A stretch of 64,000 nt of DNA, from contig JAUZTB010000098.1 of assembly GCA_034780895.1 (NCBI GenBank), positions 38,835,796-38,899,795 on the forward strand. The letters are read 5' to 3'. Under the pieces are notes generated by a model, which saw only the letters and a program-made list of their open reading frames with translations, was not told the origin of the DNA and did no database searches. Positions 51,571 through 64,000 of the stretch are shown in pieces. The translations under genes were made by a program, and so were the position numbers. The DNA is from Rhynchobatus australiae (taxonomy: Eukaryota). Position 1 is the stretch's first letter; each line of letters starts with the position of its first letter.

Positions 51571-53569
51571 TTCTTGAATTCCTTGTGCCATTCACTTTCA
51601 AGGAAGAAATATCTCCCAGTCTGTTGTGTTCGTTTGTGTTTACCCTCAGCTTGGCAGTAAACCCTTGAACCTTATTTTAATATTCTCACAGGTGTAAATA
51701 TTCCATTCATTCTTCCAATTTGCTCCATTCATTTGCAATTTCAACAATTCTAAACTCTCACATTCCACAAAGTTTAAATTAAATTTACATTGAAAATCTT
51801 TCTAAAGTCATATTTTCGTAGCACATTGCATGGCCACTGAAGTATTACTCCATTTTATCACATTTTCAGAGATTTCTCTCAGCATGCCACCACCCTGGTG
51901 GTTATAAACTTTCAGTCTTGTTTCAACACCATAACATTTAAAGAGTGTTGATACAGTAATCACAAAGTTAACTTTTCTTGGTCAAAATTACAAGGAAAGT
52001 ATTTTATAATAGAATTTTTGACAGATACATTTATTTATTGTCAGGATCTGACCTTTGATTAGACTTTCCAATGTAAAGTATTTATTCAAGGGAAAATTAT
52101 TGGGCTGGATAATCCAAGACCTGGCTTGCTGCCTGAAATCACTGCCTGTGTTCTCACCCATCTGGACTTTCTTTTTCTGTAAGCTGAGGGTTGGATGAGC
52201 TCACCCTCCTGACTTAAGAGGCATCCCATGAGGTGATGTTTGTTGTGTGCTTTGAGCTGACCTCAGACAATGCACTGCTGACGCCCCACCACCAGGACAC
52301 CCATATGGCTTTGGAGAGTACACCATTGTCAAAGGCTCTTGAATTTCTTTTAACCAGCAAGAAACATTCTTTAAAAACTTTTCAAATTTACAATTAAACA
52401 AAAATAAGTTTAATTGAAAACACATTAAAATACCAACAATTAATTAGTATGATCTGGTCATGTCACAATTTCTGCAGCTGGCCAAGCCCTTCACAACTTA
52501 TTACTTCAAAAAGGATTAGATACAACATTGCTGGTGAAGGGGACCTTTTGTTTTTGGATCCTATATAGATTAAAAGTGGTTCCTATATTCAGCCCAAGCA
52601 GTTTACAGTAGTCTTTATCCTTTCCTGGGCATCACAAGGAATTCTTGAACCTCCATTTCCCTGAGCTTCTCTTAAGTCTTTACCACAATCAAACGTCTTC
52701 AATNNNNNNNNNNNNNNNTATCACAATCTGTATTTATAAAGCACCTTTCTATGTAGTGACATTCTGCAGATGATTATCAAACATCACCAGCCTTTCCAGA
52801 TTTTCACGTTCTTTGGAGTTCAATCACTAAGCACCCACTCAACCCATTTAGCCTTCCAATAGTAGAGGAGGACAAGCTAAAAGGATGCTTATGCTGTACT
52901 TTCTGCCACAACTACTAATTCTAGAAATGAATTCTGAAAGCCTTTAAATCCATAGTAAGAAGCATCTTGTTGAGCTCTAAGTGACAGATCAAGTATTGCA
53001 TGCGATGCTCTGAGCTCCTACTGCAGTTTATATAACTCATGCTTACCTCTTGGCTTTTATACTCCAAACGTCAAAACAGCCATAACATTCTGAGTGCTGT
53101 TTTTAAAGTGCTGAATCCCACTGCCCTTCCACCTCACTAAGCCTGATTTCATTCAGAATATAATTGTTTTTAATACCAAAGTGTATCACTTAATACCCAC
53201 TGTTACTGAATTCTAACAATTTCTTTATCTTAACCATGTATAACTTTTAATTTTTGAAGTATTTAACTATTGTTTTGTATCATGTTCAAATAACATCAAT
53301 TGCTTTAAACCAATATCCAAATAATTGGGAGTAAAAAAACAAGCTGCTGGAGGAACTCAGGGGGTTGAATGGCATCTGTGAGGGGAGAGGGATTGTTGAG
53401 ATCTAAATAATTGGGCTCAGCTTTAATGCTCAGCAGATTTTGGGGGGGGTGACAAGCAAAAAATACTTAGTATTCAGGCCTGCAATATTCTAATTCCTAT
53501 CCTAACCTTCTATTATTTATGACACAATTGAAAGTGGGCCTGTCGATCTTTATTTCTAGTTTTTGAGAA

Positions 53570-53790
53570 ATGAGTCAGATGCATGCCTCCTTGTTCTCAG
53601 AGGCTGACTGTAGAGCTCCAGGCAGTGGGAATAAGGAAGTTCTATTTCCCGGGGATGGGAAGAAGAATGTGAAGGATGACACACTTCAAGCCTGGATTGA
53701 GGTTGTGGAAACAATGCTCTGCAGTGGCATCATATTCAGGACCCGGATGCATTGCAGGTAATGGTTCAATGACTTTCTAAAGCCAGTAAT
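53570..53790 (+). pseudogene. Harbinger-type Myb/SANT-like DNA-binding domain relic
   Basis: LFSEAD...KEVLFPGDGKK....TLQAWIEVV.....IIFRTRMHCR*WFNDF matches the recalled consensus RFS..E...REVLFP.DG......AW.EVA......RT..QCRKRFNDL, with one in-frame stop. Confidence 0.8.
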
Positions 53791-55394
53791 GGTGAACTCG
53801 GTTTTTATCTTTCCATCTTTCTGAATGAGACCTGACAACAGGCATTCCCATTCTTTTCTACCAGCAAGCTGAACAATTTCTTCCTGTACAACTTTGCTTA
53901 CAAGGGTACAGTATTGCCTATCATTCTAACATACCTTTAAGAGGCACTTTATAGCTGCCAACAACGTTCTCTTGTCATGTGATAGATTCTACAGAATCAG
54001 CACCACTCCTTTACTTCCACCACTTCCTTTCCACTCAAAAATGCTCCAATTTGTTTATGTTTTTCGCATTTCCATCCTCAGTTTAGACACTACACCCATA
54101 ATTTGAGTGGACCCTCAACAGCTCTTGCTCTCCTTCTTCAGAGAAATCAGAGCACCATACCACAGAGAGCAGGAGTAGAGGAAGAACACCTAAGTTGATG
54201 ATCCTCCAGAGATGGGGCTTTCACTGTACGGAAAAATGCACATCCCAGCATCTTGACAACATAAAGTTGCATTGCTGAGGCTGTCATCTGCTATTGGGCA
54301 GCACGCCATCGTCATTCTAACTGCTGTATCTTTTCACTTTCTTAGGTGTTTCTCATCATCAGAACCCTGCAGGTTTTCTCTGAGAAGAGAACAGTTGTCT
54401 CGACGATGTCCTCCATTCCTCCAAGGAAGCAGCACTGAGAATGTCACCTCAGCTGCTGCATAGAGGAGACTAGAGGAGGCACAGTCAAGCATCTAGCTTG
54501 AGTAGGCGAAGGAAGGCAGTCATGGTACATCCATGCCTGGAGAGTTGAGGTCATTCCGGCTCCACAGAGCAGCACAGAGTTGTGGACTACATGAGCCCAG
54601 ACTTGAAAATAAAGCTGCTGTTCTGTTCCCGTAGGAGTTCCTGAAAACCCTGCCAAGGGGTTTCAGCATCATGGTTGCAAGTACTGAGACTTTGCTTAAG
54701 TACGGAAGGTGTCACCAACATTCTGTGGTTCTTTTTTGGAGCATGTTGCATCTACAGTTATGTTGCAGCAGGACTGTGCAGTGGAGGCTCACATGGCCAG
54801 CTTTCCTCACTTTTGAGGAAGTTTAAATAGTTGCTGTCCAGGTTCTGGGCTCCACCTTGGAGGAACTGGGTGGAGAAATGTATCACTCATCTCCTGCAGT
54901 CTGTTCTCACAGATCAGTGGAATTGATGAGCCCTGAGGGAAGGGCTGTGATGCAATGGGAAAGACATGTAGTGTCCTCCACAGCACAACTGCTGTTTTGC
55001 CAAGCCCTCAGCCTACAACCACACATGGTGCCAGAAACACAGCTATGTTTGACTGCCATGTTTATTGAAAGTTCTGTAGGAGCATCACGTATGTGTGGTA
55101 TATATAGTAAATCTACAAACATGTAGGTTTACTATATTGATACATGTATAAAAAATGAATTTGGGGAGTTATATTTTGTGTTCACTTTCTGTTGTTGCAC
55201 TTTGTTACTTTGGGTGCTCCGCCATTCCATTGCAGATTCTATATCAGCATTCTCAGTCTGTCACCGAGATGAGTGGCAAGGTAGGGAGGAGATCTGTGGG
55301 AAAACAAAGACAGATTTTCAACCTCTTTTAGGGTGCAGGATGTTTTTGCTGTACCTGTTTTAAATTTATAAAATGGACACAAATAATTTCTACC

Positions 55395-55670
55395 CTATTG
55401 TGTAAGACGTCAAAGAAAACCTAGAGACCAATCCAAGCACCTGAACCTTAGCTTTAATGGATCAATGAGATCCCTGGTGCTCCAGGGCTCCTTATTCATT
55501 TGTGGTAGTGTTGGACATTACCAAATGTAACTATCCGGTATGTTCCTGAAATATTAGATATTACGCGACTGTGGAGGTTGTAGGTGTTGTGACAGCTTCT
55601 TACGATATTGCATGCTCCTTCTGTTATGAACACAGATGAGCAGCACATTAATTGACCATTGGCAAAAGTA
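55395..55670 (-). pseudogene. Harbinger (HARBI1-like) DDE transposase relic
   Basis: Minus-strand pieces SINVLLICVHNRRSMQ...SCHN (cf. SINVQLVCDH...YPGSCHD), LKLRFRCLDWS (cf. LKMRFRCLDRSG) and VLHN (cf. CC.LHN) occur in the correct order. Confidence 0.75.
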
Positions 55671-57859
55671 GAATTTTGTTATGGGTGTGTGCCGCTGAGG
55701 AGCAGTTGCATTTTCATACTGTTAGCCTTTCAATTTATTGATGGGTATTTAATTTTGATTTCCCTACAATGCAATACTCTATGGTCAGAACAACTGCTAA
55801 AAGCAGTAGATGATATAATAAATAAAATTTCTTAAGATAAATTTCCCCCTTAAGAANNNNNNNNNNNNNNNNNNNNNNNNNNNNNNNNNNNNNNNNNNNN
55901 NNNNNNNNNNNNNNNNNNNNNNNNNNNNNNNNNNNNNNNNNNNNNNNNNNNNNNNNNNNNNNNNNNNNNNNNNNNNNNNNNNNNNNNNNNNNNNNNNNNN
56001 NNNNNNNNNNNNNNNNNNNNNNNNNNNNNNNNNNNNNNNNNNNNNNNNNNNNNNNNNNNNNNNNNNNNNNNNNNNNNNNNNNNNNNNNNNNNNNNNNNNN
56101 NNNNNNNNNNNNNNNNNNNNNNNNNNNNNNNNNNNNNNNNNNNNNNNNNNNNNNNNNNNNNNNNNNNNNNNNNNNNNNNNNNNNNNNNNNNNNNNNNNAG
56201 AGCAGGGTGGATAAATGGAAACCAGTAGATGTGGTGTACTTGTATTTCTAGAAGATATGGGATCTGAAGCCATAACTGGTGGCAGGCTCAAGGAGTGAAG
56301 TGACTAATTCCTCCTGCTCTTATTCATTACATCTTATGCTTGCAGACTCCCTGTTCAAGGAGTGTTAAACAGCCAGATTCCAAGGTAGCAAAAAAAATTA
56401 CAAACTTCCTGAAAGCAACATATTTTCCAGGGAGCAAAGGAATGGGGCCAGTTTTTTATGTAGGATGAGGATTATTTTTGGGTCCAGATCCTTCAATTTA
56501 TATAACTAAAAATGACATTTTGACCTTGTTAAAATTGTTTCATGCCTCCACTATCAGGTAATTCAATATGGCTAAATTCCATATTATTCACAAGTGCATA
56601 TTATCTTGCCTGCCTCAACCCAGCTATTCAAGATATCAAGTACATTTTAAATCATTGATTCCCCTAAGGTTAGAAGCAAAATATAATACTGGGATAGATC
56701 AAAATGACTTACTCCTAAAGGAGGAGAATAGAAGGAATGCACCTGGAATTGAAGTGACTGAAGTGATTAATGTGCAACTAACCGTTTTTGTTTTCCAATG
56801 AAGAATTATATCAAAGATCATGTAGTCTGTGTGATGTTGTGATCTGTGGTCCTGATAATCATAGAGCAGTCTGTTTTGTGACATGGGGCCAAGTCACTTT
56901 ATTGCATGGGTCGCAATGAAACTGTACCATTCAACCACTCTCCTATATTTCCCTGCCCCCCAAATATTCCCCTTTCCCTTCGGTTTTGACCTCTGTTTTG
57001 GTTTCTTTTTCTGTTTTCCTGCTTTGTTTACACTCCATCCCCACAGTTTCTCCATAACGGGCCCTGTGACTGTCACAGATCACTTTAACAGCGCTGACCT
57101 GCTTCCTGGGTCAAGTCGACTTCTGATATTCTTAAATGGGGGAGAAGCATTAGCATTAGTGATTTCTTGAAATAGATATGAGGGAGGAGATTGTTGAACT
57201 GCTGGTAAGGATCTTTGAGTCCTTGTTGTCCAAGGGGCTGGTACCAGAGGATTGGAAGGTGGCNNNNNNNNNNNNNNNNNNNNNNNNNNNNNNNNNNNNN
57301 NNNNNNNNNNNNNNNNNNNNNNNNNNNNNNNNNNNNNNNNNNNNNNNNNNNNNNNNNNNNNNNCATTTATGCCTGTTAAATAATTAAATTAGTCTGGTTG
57401 TAGTTGCAAGGTTATGTGTATATATCGAGTATTTATATTACTTTAAAAATTAAATAACATAACCAGATTTTTATGGCTAATTTTACCAAATCACTTTCTA
57501 CCAGTGACATGTATAAAATAATTCACAGTAATACATACTTTTCGCTCTACAGTAACTTTTCTTATTTCTTGAGTGACTAGGAAAGCGCCAGGTAAACCTC
57601 TCATATTTGGTGAACTAATTCACAAAATAAGCTGATACTTTATATATTAATCTAAGAGTGGTCGGGGAGAATTGTCGACTTTCAACTTTAGTCCGAGACA
57701 CTTGTTAGGTGTGAAAACACAAAAGCTGCAAGTTCCAAAAGACAGGGCATTAAAGTAATTGGGGGTGTAGGGCAGGGTTCAGGTGACAGAAATTTTAATA
57801 AATCAAAAATCTAATTAGTTTTGCACAACATTGTGGGCCACAGGGCCTATTCCTGTGCT

Positions 57860-60190
57860 GTACTGTTCAAATTTCTGAAATGAAATGAGAGCAGTGTTAC
57901 AGGATAGTGAAGGGGTGGCTGACAAGGGAGGGGCAAAGCTTATAAGCAGAAGTATGCTTCAGAATTTGAATCTGAAGTAAGTAACAAAGATAAAAAATAA
58001 AAGATTAAGCCTTTTCAACTGAAACATGCAACATTTCTAACAAGATAGATGAGTTGTTGGCACATGTAGAAGTAATTGAGTTTGATTTAATGGCTATTTC
58101 AGAGACATGGTTTCAGGGCTTACCAGGACTGGGAATTTAATATTCCAGGTTATTTGATGTTCCAAATGAATAGACAAAAAGAAAAACATTGTGGGTGGTA
58201 TTATTCATTAAAGAAGGTATCAGTGCAGTGGTAAATAGCATTATAGATGCAGTGAATTGTGATGTTGAATCGGTTTGGATGGAAATAATAGCAGGAGAAA
58301 GATAACATGGGTGGGAGTAGACTATGGGCCTCCAACACAGCTGGGGAATTAAGAAAAGAAAACAAAGAAATGGTAGATAATTTAAATCAATACTTTGCAT
58401 CAGTATTCACAGCGAAGGGTACTGCAGATATCCCAAAGAAAACAGATGGTGTTGTTTCAAATAGCATGGAAGAGCTTGTAATACTCCGTATCATGAGGGA
58501 CAAAGTATTTGAAAAGTAATGGGATTTAAGGCAGACAAGTCATCTGGACCCAGTGGTCTGCATCTAAGGGTTTTACAGGAAGTGACTGCAGAGACAGTAG
58601 AACATGTATTTGAAGTTTTTCAGAAGTCACTGAGTTCGAGGAGTGTAATAGCAGATTAAAAAAAACACAAATGTGATTTCCTTGTTCATGAAGTGAAGGA
58701 AACAGCACAGATAGATAAGGTGGTAAAGAAGACCAATGGGATACTTGCCTCCATTAGCTGGGTCATAGAATATAAGAGCAGGAAGGATAAGTACAAATTT
58801 AATAAACATTGGTTCCACCACAGCTGGAGTAGAGTGTGCATTTCTGGTTGCCACAGTATAGGAAGGATATGATTATACTGTAGAGGGTGCAGGGCAGATT
58901 CACCAGGATATTGCTTGGGATCGAGTGCTTCATTAGAAGAGACTAGATAGGATAGGTTCATTTTTCTTGGAACAGAGAAACTGATAGGTGTGTGGGGGGT
59001 GGGGTAGGGGAGGAGGGGTACTCGGAGAGGTATGAAAATTTGGAGGGTCGTAAATTGAGTAGATTGGAGGAAACTTCTCCCCATGGCAAAAGCGTCTAAA
59101 ACTAGAGGGCATGGGTTTACGTTAAGGTGTAAGAGGTTTTGAGAGGTTCCGAGGAGGATTTTTTTCACCCAGAGGGTGGTTGGAATCTGGAACACACTGT
59201 CTGAGTGGGTGCAGGAGGCAGGTATGCTAACAACCGTTATGATGTATCCAGTCGATCACTTGAATCACCAAGTCATAGAAGGCTATTAACCAAGTGCTGG
59301 TAAATGGAATTAGCACAGATGGTCAGCATGCTCATGGAGATCTGAAGGGCCTGTTTCTGTGTTCTATAACTCTATGACTCTGTGAAAAAGTGGGAATCTA
59401 TAGGCCAGTTATCTTAACATCTGATTTTGTGTAGATGTCAAAGTCTATAATCAAGGAAGAAATAACTAGTCATTTAGAGAATGTTAATGCAATTAAAGCA
59501 AATCACCATAGTTTTATGAAAGGAAAATCACATTTGACAGATTTTCTGGAGTTCTTTGAGGATATGATAAACAGGGTCAACAGAGGGTGACCTGCAGAAG
59601 TAATGTATTTGGATTTCCAGAAGGCATGTGACAAGATGCCACATAAAAGGCCAGTGCACAAAATAAGACTCATGGTACTGGGGAAGGTATGCAAAGTGGA
59701 TTGAAGNNNNNNNNNNNNNNNNNNNNNNNNNNNNNNAATGGGTGTCTTTTTCAGATTGGAAAGTTGTAACTAGTGGAGCATCCAATAGATCAGTTCCTGG
59801 CCCTGCATTATTTGCTGTCTCTATTAATGACTTGGAAGAGTGTAAAGAATACAAATTTGCTGATGATGTAAAAATAGGTGGGAGGTCATGCTGCGATGCT
59901 TGGACTCTGCAACTGGATATCAATAGGCTGGGTGAGTGGGTGGAAATTTGGTCAACTGAGTTTAATGTAAGAAGTTGCGAGGTCATGCACTTTGATTGGA
60001 GGCAAAATATTAAAATCAAAAGGCAAATTATTATCCAAAGGAAAGATTCTGCTAATAAATGGAGAACAGAGAATCAAGGTGTCCTTGTGCATGTATCACA
60101 AAAATATAGCCTGCAGAAGCAGCAAGCTATTAAGAAGGCAAATGGCATATTGGTCTTTATTGGTAGGGGGTTGGAGTATAGCTCATTGGT
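57860..60190 (+). mobile_element. CR1-like LINE ORF2 (endonuclease through RT), internally deleted and interrupted
   Basis: FDLMAISETWFQ (EN domain), NLNQYFASVFT, DKSSGPSGLHLRVL, YRPVILTS, MYLDFQKACDKMPH, FSDWKVVTSG..SVPGPALFAVSINDL..YKFADDVKIGG. Confidence 0.9.
58705..59385 (+). mobile_element. Second CR1 3' fragment nested in the CR1 at 57860-60190
   Basis: IDKVVKKTNGILASI...KTRGHGFTLR...FFTQRVVGIWNTL with its own (ctctatga)n tail at ~59365-59385. The host CR1 then resumes with GNL/YRPV. Confidence 0.88.
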
Positions 60191-60399
60191 CTTGGATGTC
60201 AGAAAATGTCCCAACTTCTTTGTTGAACCAGTAAGCTAAAAGGCAGGACTTGTTTAGGAACAGAATATAAAAAAGAATTCTCTGGACACAGTTGGGGGTG
60301 GAGTGCTGAACTCACAGAGAAAAAAATAAGAAGAGAACAACAACAGCCATCACCATTTGTAAAGATCCTTCATGTGGCAAACATGATTTCAAATGTTGA

Positions 60400-62100
60400 C
60401 AGGAGCCCTATCAAACCAAACAATTAATGACTAACTAAATATCCAGTTAGGGGGCTAAGTTTTAAGAAGAGCCTTAAAAGAAAGAAAAGAGGTAAAGTGT
60501 TCTAGGCAGGGATTTATGGATCTTAGAGTCTTAGCACCTTAAAACGTTGCTGGCAATGATATGGAGATTAAATTCAGGGAAAATCAAGGTATCAGAATTG
60601 GAAGAGCACATGTCTTCCAGAGATTTGTGAGGCTGGATGTTGTTATAAAGATAGAGATGGGGGAAGACCACGGACAGATTTGAAAACCAGGATCAGAATT
60701 TTTAATTTGAGGCAACGCTCAGCAGTGGCCCAATGGAGGTGAGCAAACAGAAGGGGAGAAGATTGATGTACAGGGCTTTTCATGAACAGGGGAGCTAGAA
60801 GAGCACAAGCTAGAAGAGAGCTGGTGAGATATGTGCTGGCAAAATCAAGTCTAGAGTGAAGAAGTGCCTGGATTTCAGCAGCAAAATTACTGAAATGGAC
60901 AATGTTACAGAGGGAAAATGATGCCTTGATGAAGGTCAGAAATGCAGCATGGGGTCAAAGATGACAACAAGGTTGAGATTAGTGTAGTTCAGTTTTGCAT
61001 TGTTGCTAGGGAGGCAGATGGAATATATACCAAAGAGGAAATTTCTGCTCATCCAATACAGTCTGATAACATAAAGACGATGGAGGGGCTGAGAGGTGGT
61101 GGTGAGGTAAATCCAAGTATATGTGGACAGTGACATTGTATTTTCACAAGAATATAAGAAATAGGAGCAGGTGTACGACATACAACCCTTTGAGCCTGCT
61201 CCATCATTGACCAAACAGATCTTGATCTCAGCCGCACTTCCCTGGCTCCCCTATTGTCCAAAAACCCATTCAGCCTTGAATATACTAAATGACTTGGTCT
61301 CCACATCTCTCTGCAGTAGTGAATTCCAAAGGTCCATGATGTTCAAGAAAATAAATCCCACTTTATCTTGTCTTAAGTGGGCCACCCTTTTTTCTAAAAC
61401 TACACTACCCTGCTTTAGGCTCCTCGATGAAGACAAACATCCTCTTAATATTTATCCTATCAAGCTCCCTCAGAATCATATATGAATAAATCTTTTTATG
61501 TTTCTTCTAAAAGGATAGTTTGCAGTTGACAAAGAAGGTGAGTGTCATCTCAGCAATCCAGGATAACCTGGAATAATGAGCAGTTTGGCAAATGAGATCT
61601 AATGGTGCTCAACGTGGTCCACCCAGATCTGATCATGAATGGCTGCAACATCATAATAGCCTGTGCTTCTTGGATTTAAGGGAGCGCCACTGAGGGCTGT
61701 ACCAAGGGAGATCCTGTGGTGAGAGTGGATAATGGTTTTAATGTAGATTAGGCATCAAAGGCTACAGTTTGATTGATTTCATCAGTAGCAGCAGCAGGTT
61801 TAAACAGCTGAGAATTTTGAGGATACAGGGGTAAGTGAACTGGGAGGGAGCTTTTTCTCAGGGTTGATGCAGAATTTTTGAAGGGGGATAGGAACAATGA
61901 TCAATACAAGGAAGTGATTAGCTTGGCTCTGCCCTGTGGTTGTGCTAATGGAAGTAGCAAAGGCACATGAGCGAATATGGTCCAATGGTTGATTGGGAAG
62001 TATGGGAAGGGAAGTTTACATGGAAGAAGAGATTAAGAGAGGAATGGAGGGCAATGCAGAGAAAGCAAAGTGAATAGAAATAGAAAACATCAAGGATGAA
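60400..62100 (-). mobile_element. Highly decayed L2-like LINE with a CR1 3' fragment inserted at ~61150-61485
   Basis: L2-like GA-rich plus-strand pattern and the reverse-strand motif tctagacttga (SRLD). The inserted CR1 reads MDLWNSLLQRDVETKSFSIFKAE. Confidence 0.55.
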
Positions 62101-62974
62101 TAATTGCTCTGTGCATCTGCTGAAGGGGAAAAGCCGTGATGAAAATGTGGTTAGAAAAATGACTCTACTTTGTAGGGCCATAAAGAACAAGGATTTTAAT
62201 TGAAATGAAAGATGAATGGGACAAGTTGAGCTGCTCAAAGGAAGTTAAATGCCAGGGAAGTAGGGGGTTAGACCACCACAATGGCCTTGGTACAGCAATA
62301 CCCAAAAACCCCATCATTTTATTTTTCAAGGAGCATAGCTGGCTGTTTAATAATGGTCAGCAGTACACTCATGTGTTCACTCATCTGGACACTAAAATTG
62401 CAATTGCTATCTTACAAATAATTTACTTTGGGCAGGATTTTTATTTTGGTTGTTTATGGAATGTAGGTATCCCTAATAAGGCCCCAGTTCATTCAGTTAG
62501 ATAGTTAAGTGCATATCTTGGGTGCACACTTGTTTTTTCTTAATGACCACCATTAATGGAAATGAAAAATTGGTATCCAGCCTTTGGATTTGTTTGGTGT
62601 ACTGAGCAAAGCTGGGTGTAGTATTTTTCATTTGAATAATGTCTTGTGCCAAAAGCTCGCCTTTCTCTGTTCAGCTGTCACATTTGGAATTGCGAAAACA
62701 AAACTGGAAAGCATGATTGAAATTGTTTAGTGCCAATGGTGGTGATGATGGAGATGGGGGAGAGCTTAACTGTTGCATTGACTTGGTTGGAAATGCATCG
62801 TTCTCACTCTACAGTTAGCCTTGCAGTTAGCAGGAAGATTACTGTTTTGTTTTCTCTCTTTCCACATTGTCCTACATTAAATCACGATACCCTATGTTGA
62901 AGCATCATTTTGTGATCAACATCACAGTCAACACAAAAGCTTAGACCTTCTTCCAAGGTACTCTGCCATTATCA

Positions 62975-64000
62975 AAATACTGCAGCTGCTGGAAATCTGA
63001 AATAAAAACTGAAAATGCTAGAAACACTCAACAGGTCAGGCAACATCTGTGGAAAGAGAAAGGGTTAATGCTTCAGGTCAAAAACCATTTATCAGAGCTA
63101 GGGANNNNNNNNNNNNNNNNNNNNNNNNNNNNNNNNNNNNNNNNNNNNNNNNNNNNNNNNNNNNNNNNNNNNNNNNNNNNNNNNNNNNNNNNNNNNNNNN
63201 NNNNAGAGAAAACACATTTGTCTTATGCTGCAGAGAGGGTGGGAAAAGGATGGATAAGACAAAGGGAATATCTCTGATAATGTAGGGTTGCTGCAGGTAT
63301 AAGCTGTAATCAAATCCATCCAGCTGAGGGGTTAATGGGGCAGCTGGAGGAGAAAAAAATACATGAACAAAAGGGACATGGATGTTATGAAATAAAGGCA
63401 GTTGAAGAGTGAGAGAACATAAACAATGAAACTTAAAAGTTGCAAAATGTAGAGCAGTAAGACATATCCATTATGTTGGACTATGGTAATAGAGAGAGTA
63501 AAAGCTGAGCCACTGTCACAGATGGACTTGCCAGTTCTGGTACAGAGAAAGTGAATTATGTAAAGTTGGAGGTTTCAGTAATGAGTGCTGCAGGCTCCAA
63601 TATGCCCAGATGAAAGACACGATACTATTCCACAAGCTTGCATTGGGCTTTGTACAGGAGGCCACAGACAGATCAGAGTAGGAGTGGGATGTAGAATTAA
63701 AATGGTGGGCATCAGGAAGCTCAGGACCATGCTTGTGGTCTGAATGCAGCTGCTTCACAAAGCAGTCACCCAGTCTGCCTTTGGTTTTTCCACTGTAGAG
63801 GAAACCGCATTGTGAACACCAAAAGAATTTTACTAGATTGGAAGAAGTACAAATGAATCACTGCTTCGTCTGACCGACTGGTTCCTTGAATTGTGGGAAG
63901 GAAAGAGATAATTGGAGGTGTTGCAGTTCCTGCGGTTGCATGGGGAAGTGCAGTAAGAATGGGAGGGGTTGGTGCAGATGAAAGAGTGGACCAGGCAGTC
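62975..64000 (-). mobile_element. Penelope-like retroelement (GIY-YIG endonuclease C-terminus and terminal repeat), continuing beyond the window
   Basis: ELPDAHHFNSTSHSYSDLSV matches the Penelope motif LPVA.HFNS..HS.SDL.V. Upstream, atttgtacttcttccaatctagta..ttggtgttcacaatgcggtttcctctacagtgga gives CTSSNLV...CSQCGFLYSG (GIY-YIG). Confidence 0.88.

Larger units (their letters stand above)
53413..55853. mobile_element. Degenerate PIF/Harbinger DNA transposon (convergent Myb/SANT gene and transposase gene)
   Basis: Myb/SANT relic on + at 53570-53790 and HARBI1-like transposase relic on - at ~55395-55670. Possible degenerate termini gggctcagcttt (53413) and aaatttccccc-tta (~55840-55853); the ends are low confidence. 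Confidence 0.65.

Noticed and set aside
18444-56291. Long ORFs in the track (e.g. 202, 281, 339 aa)
   Set aside because: Their length comes from runs of N translated as X.
60664-60682. Partial REST/RE1-like motif (accacggacag) in the intron of a neuronal gene
   Set aside because: It lacks the TTCAGC left half and the CGCC end, and lies in a decayed LINE.
35831-64000. Searched for TMEFF1 exon 2 (expected ..VCDESSCKYGGVC..CACQFQ-like) and for further TRPN1 exons
   Set aside because: None recognised. They may lie beyond the window or in gaps.
1-64000. CRISPR arrays, operons, rRNA genes or intact autonomous transposon ORFs
   Set aside because: There is no repeat-spacer periodicity or prokaryotic gene density, and every RT or transposase fragment carries stops, frameshifts or truncations.

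Overview
Eukaryotic (vertebrate) genomic DNA from a gappy draft assembly. The repeat set (CR1/HER1-like LINEs, V-SINEs, Deu-domain SINEs, Rex/Babar, RTE, Tx1, Penelope) points to a cartilaginous fish; that taxonomic call is an inference. One host gene is clearly visible: a CpG-island promoter and first coding exon (35653-35830, +) encoding a signal peptide and 'ECQSGRGRGANCS', matching TMEFF1 (tomoregulin-1). No exon 2 is visible, so the remaining ~28 kb is most likely intron 1. Almost everything else is decayed, often nested, transposon DNA, including a two-gene Harbinger relic and a Tigger relic. The most unusual observation is an isolated, stop-free minus-strand exon with a perfect splice donor (48279-48411). 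It encodes the last ankyrin repeat region of the mechanosensitive channel TRPN1/NompC and appears to sit inside a CR1 copy in the TMEFF1 intron, so it is either a captured genomic fragment or a mis-join. I see no evidence of a prokaryote-type system (CRISPR, operon, defence locus). All protein matches are from recalled family motifs, not database searches, and repeat boundaries are approximate.
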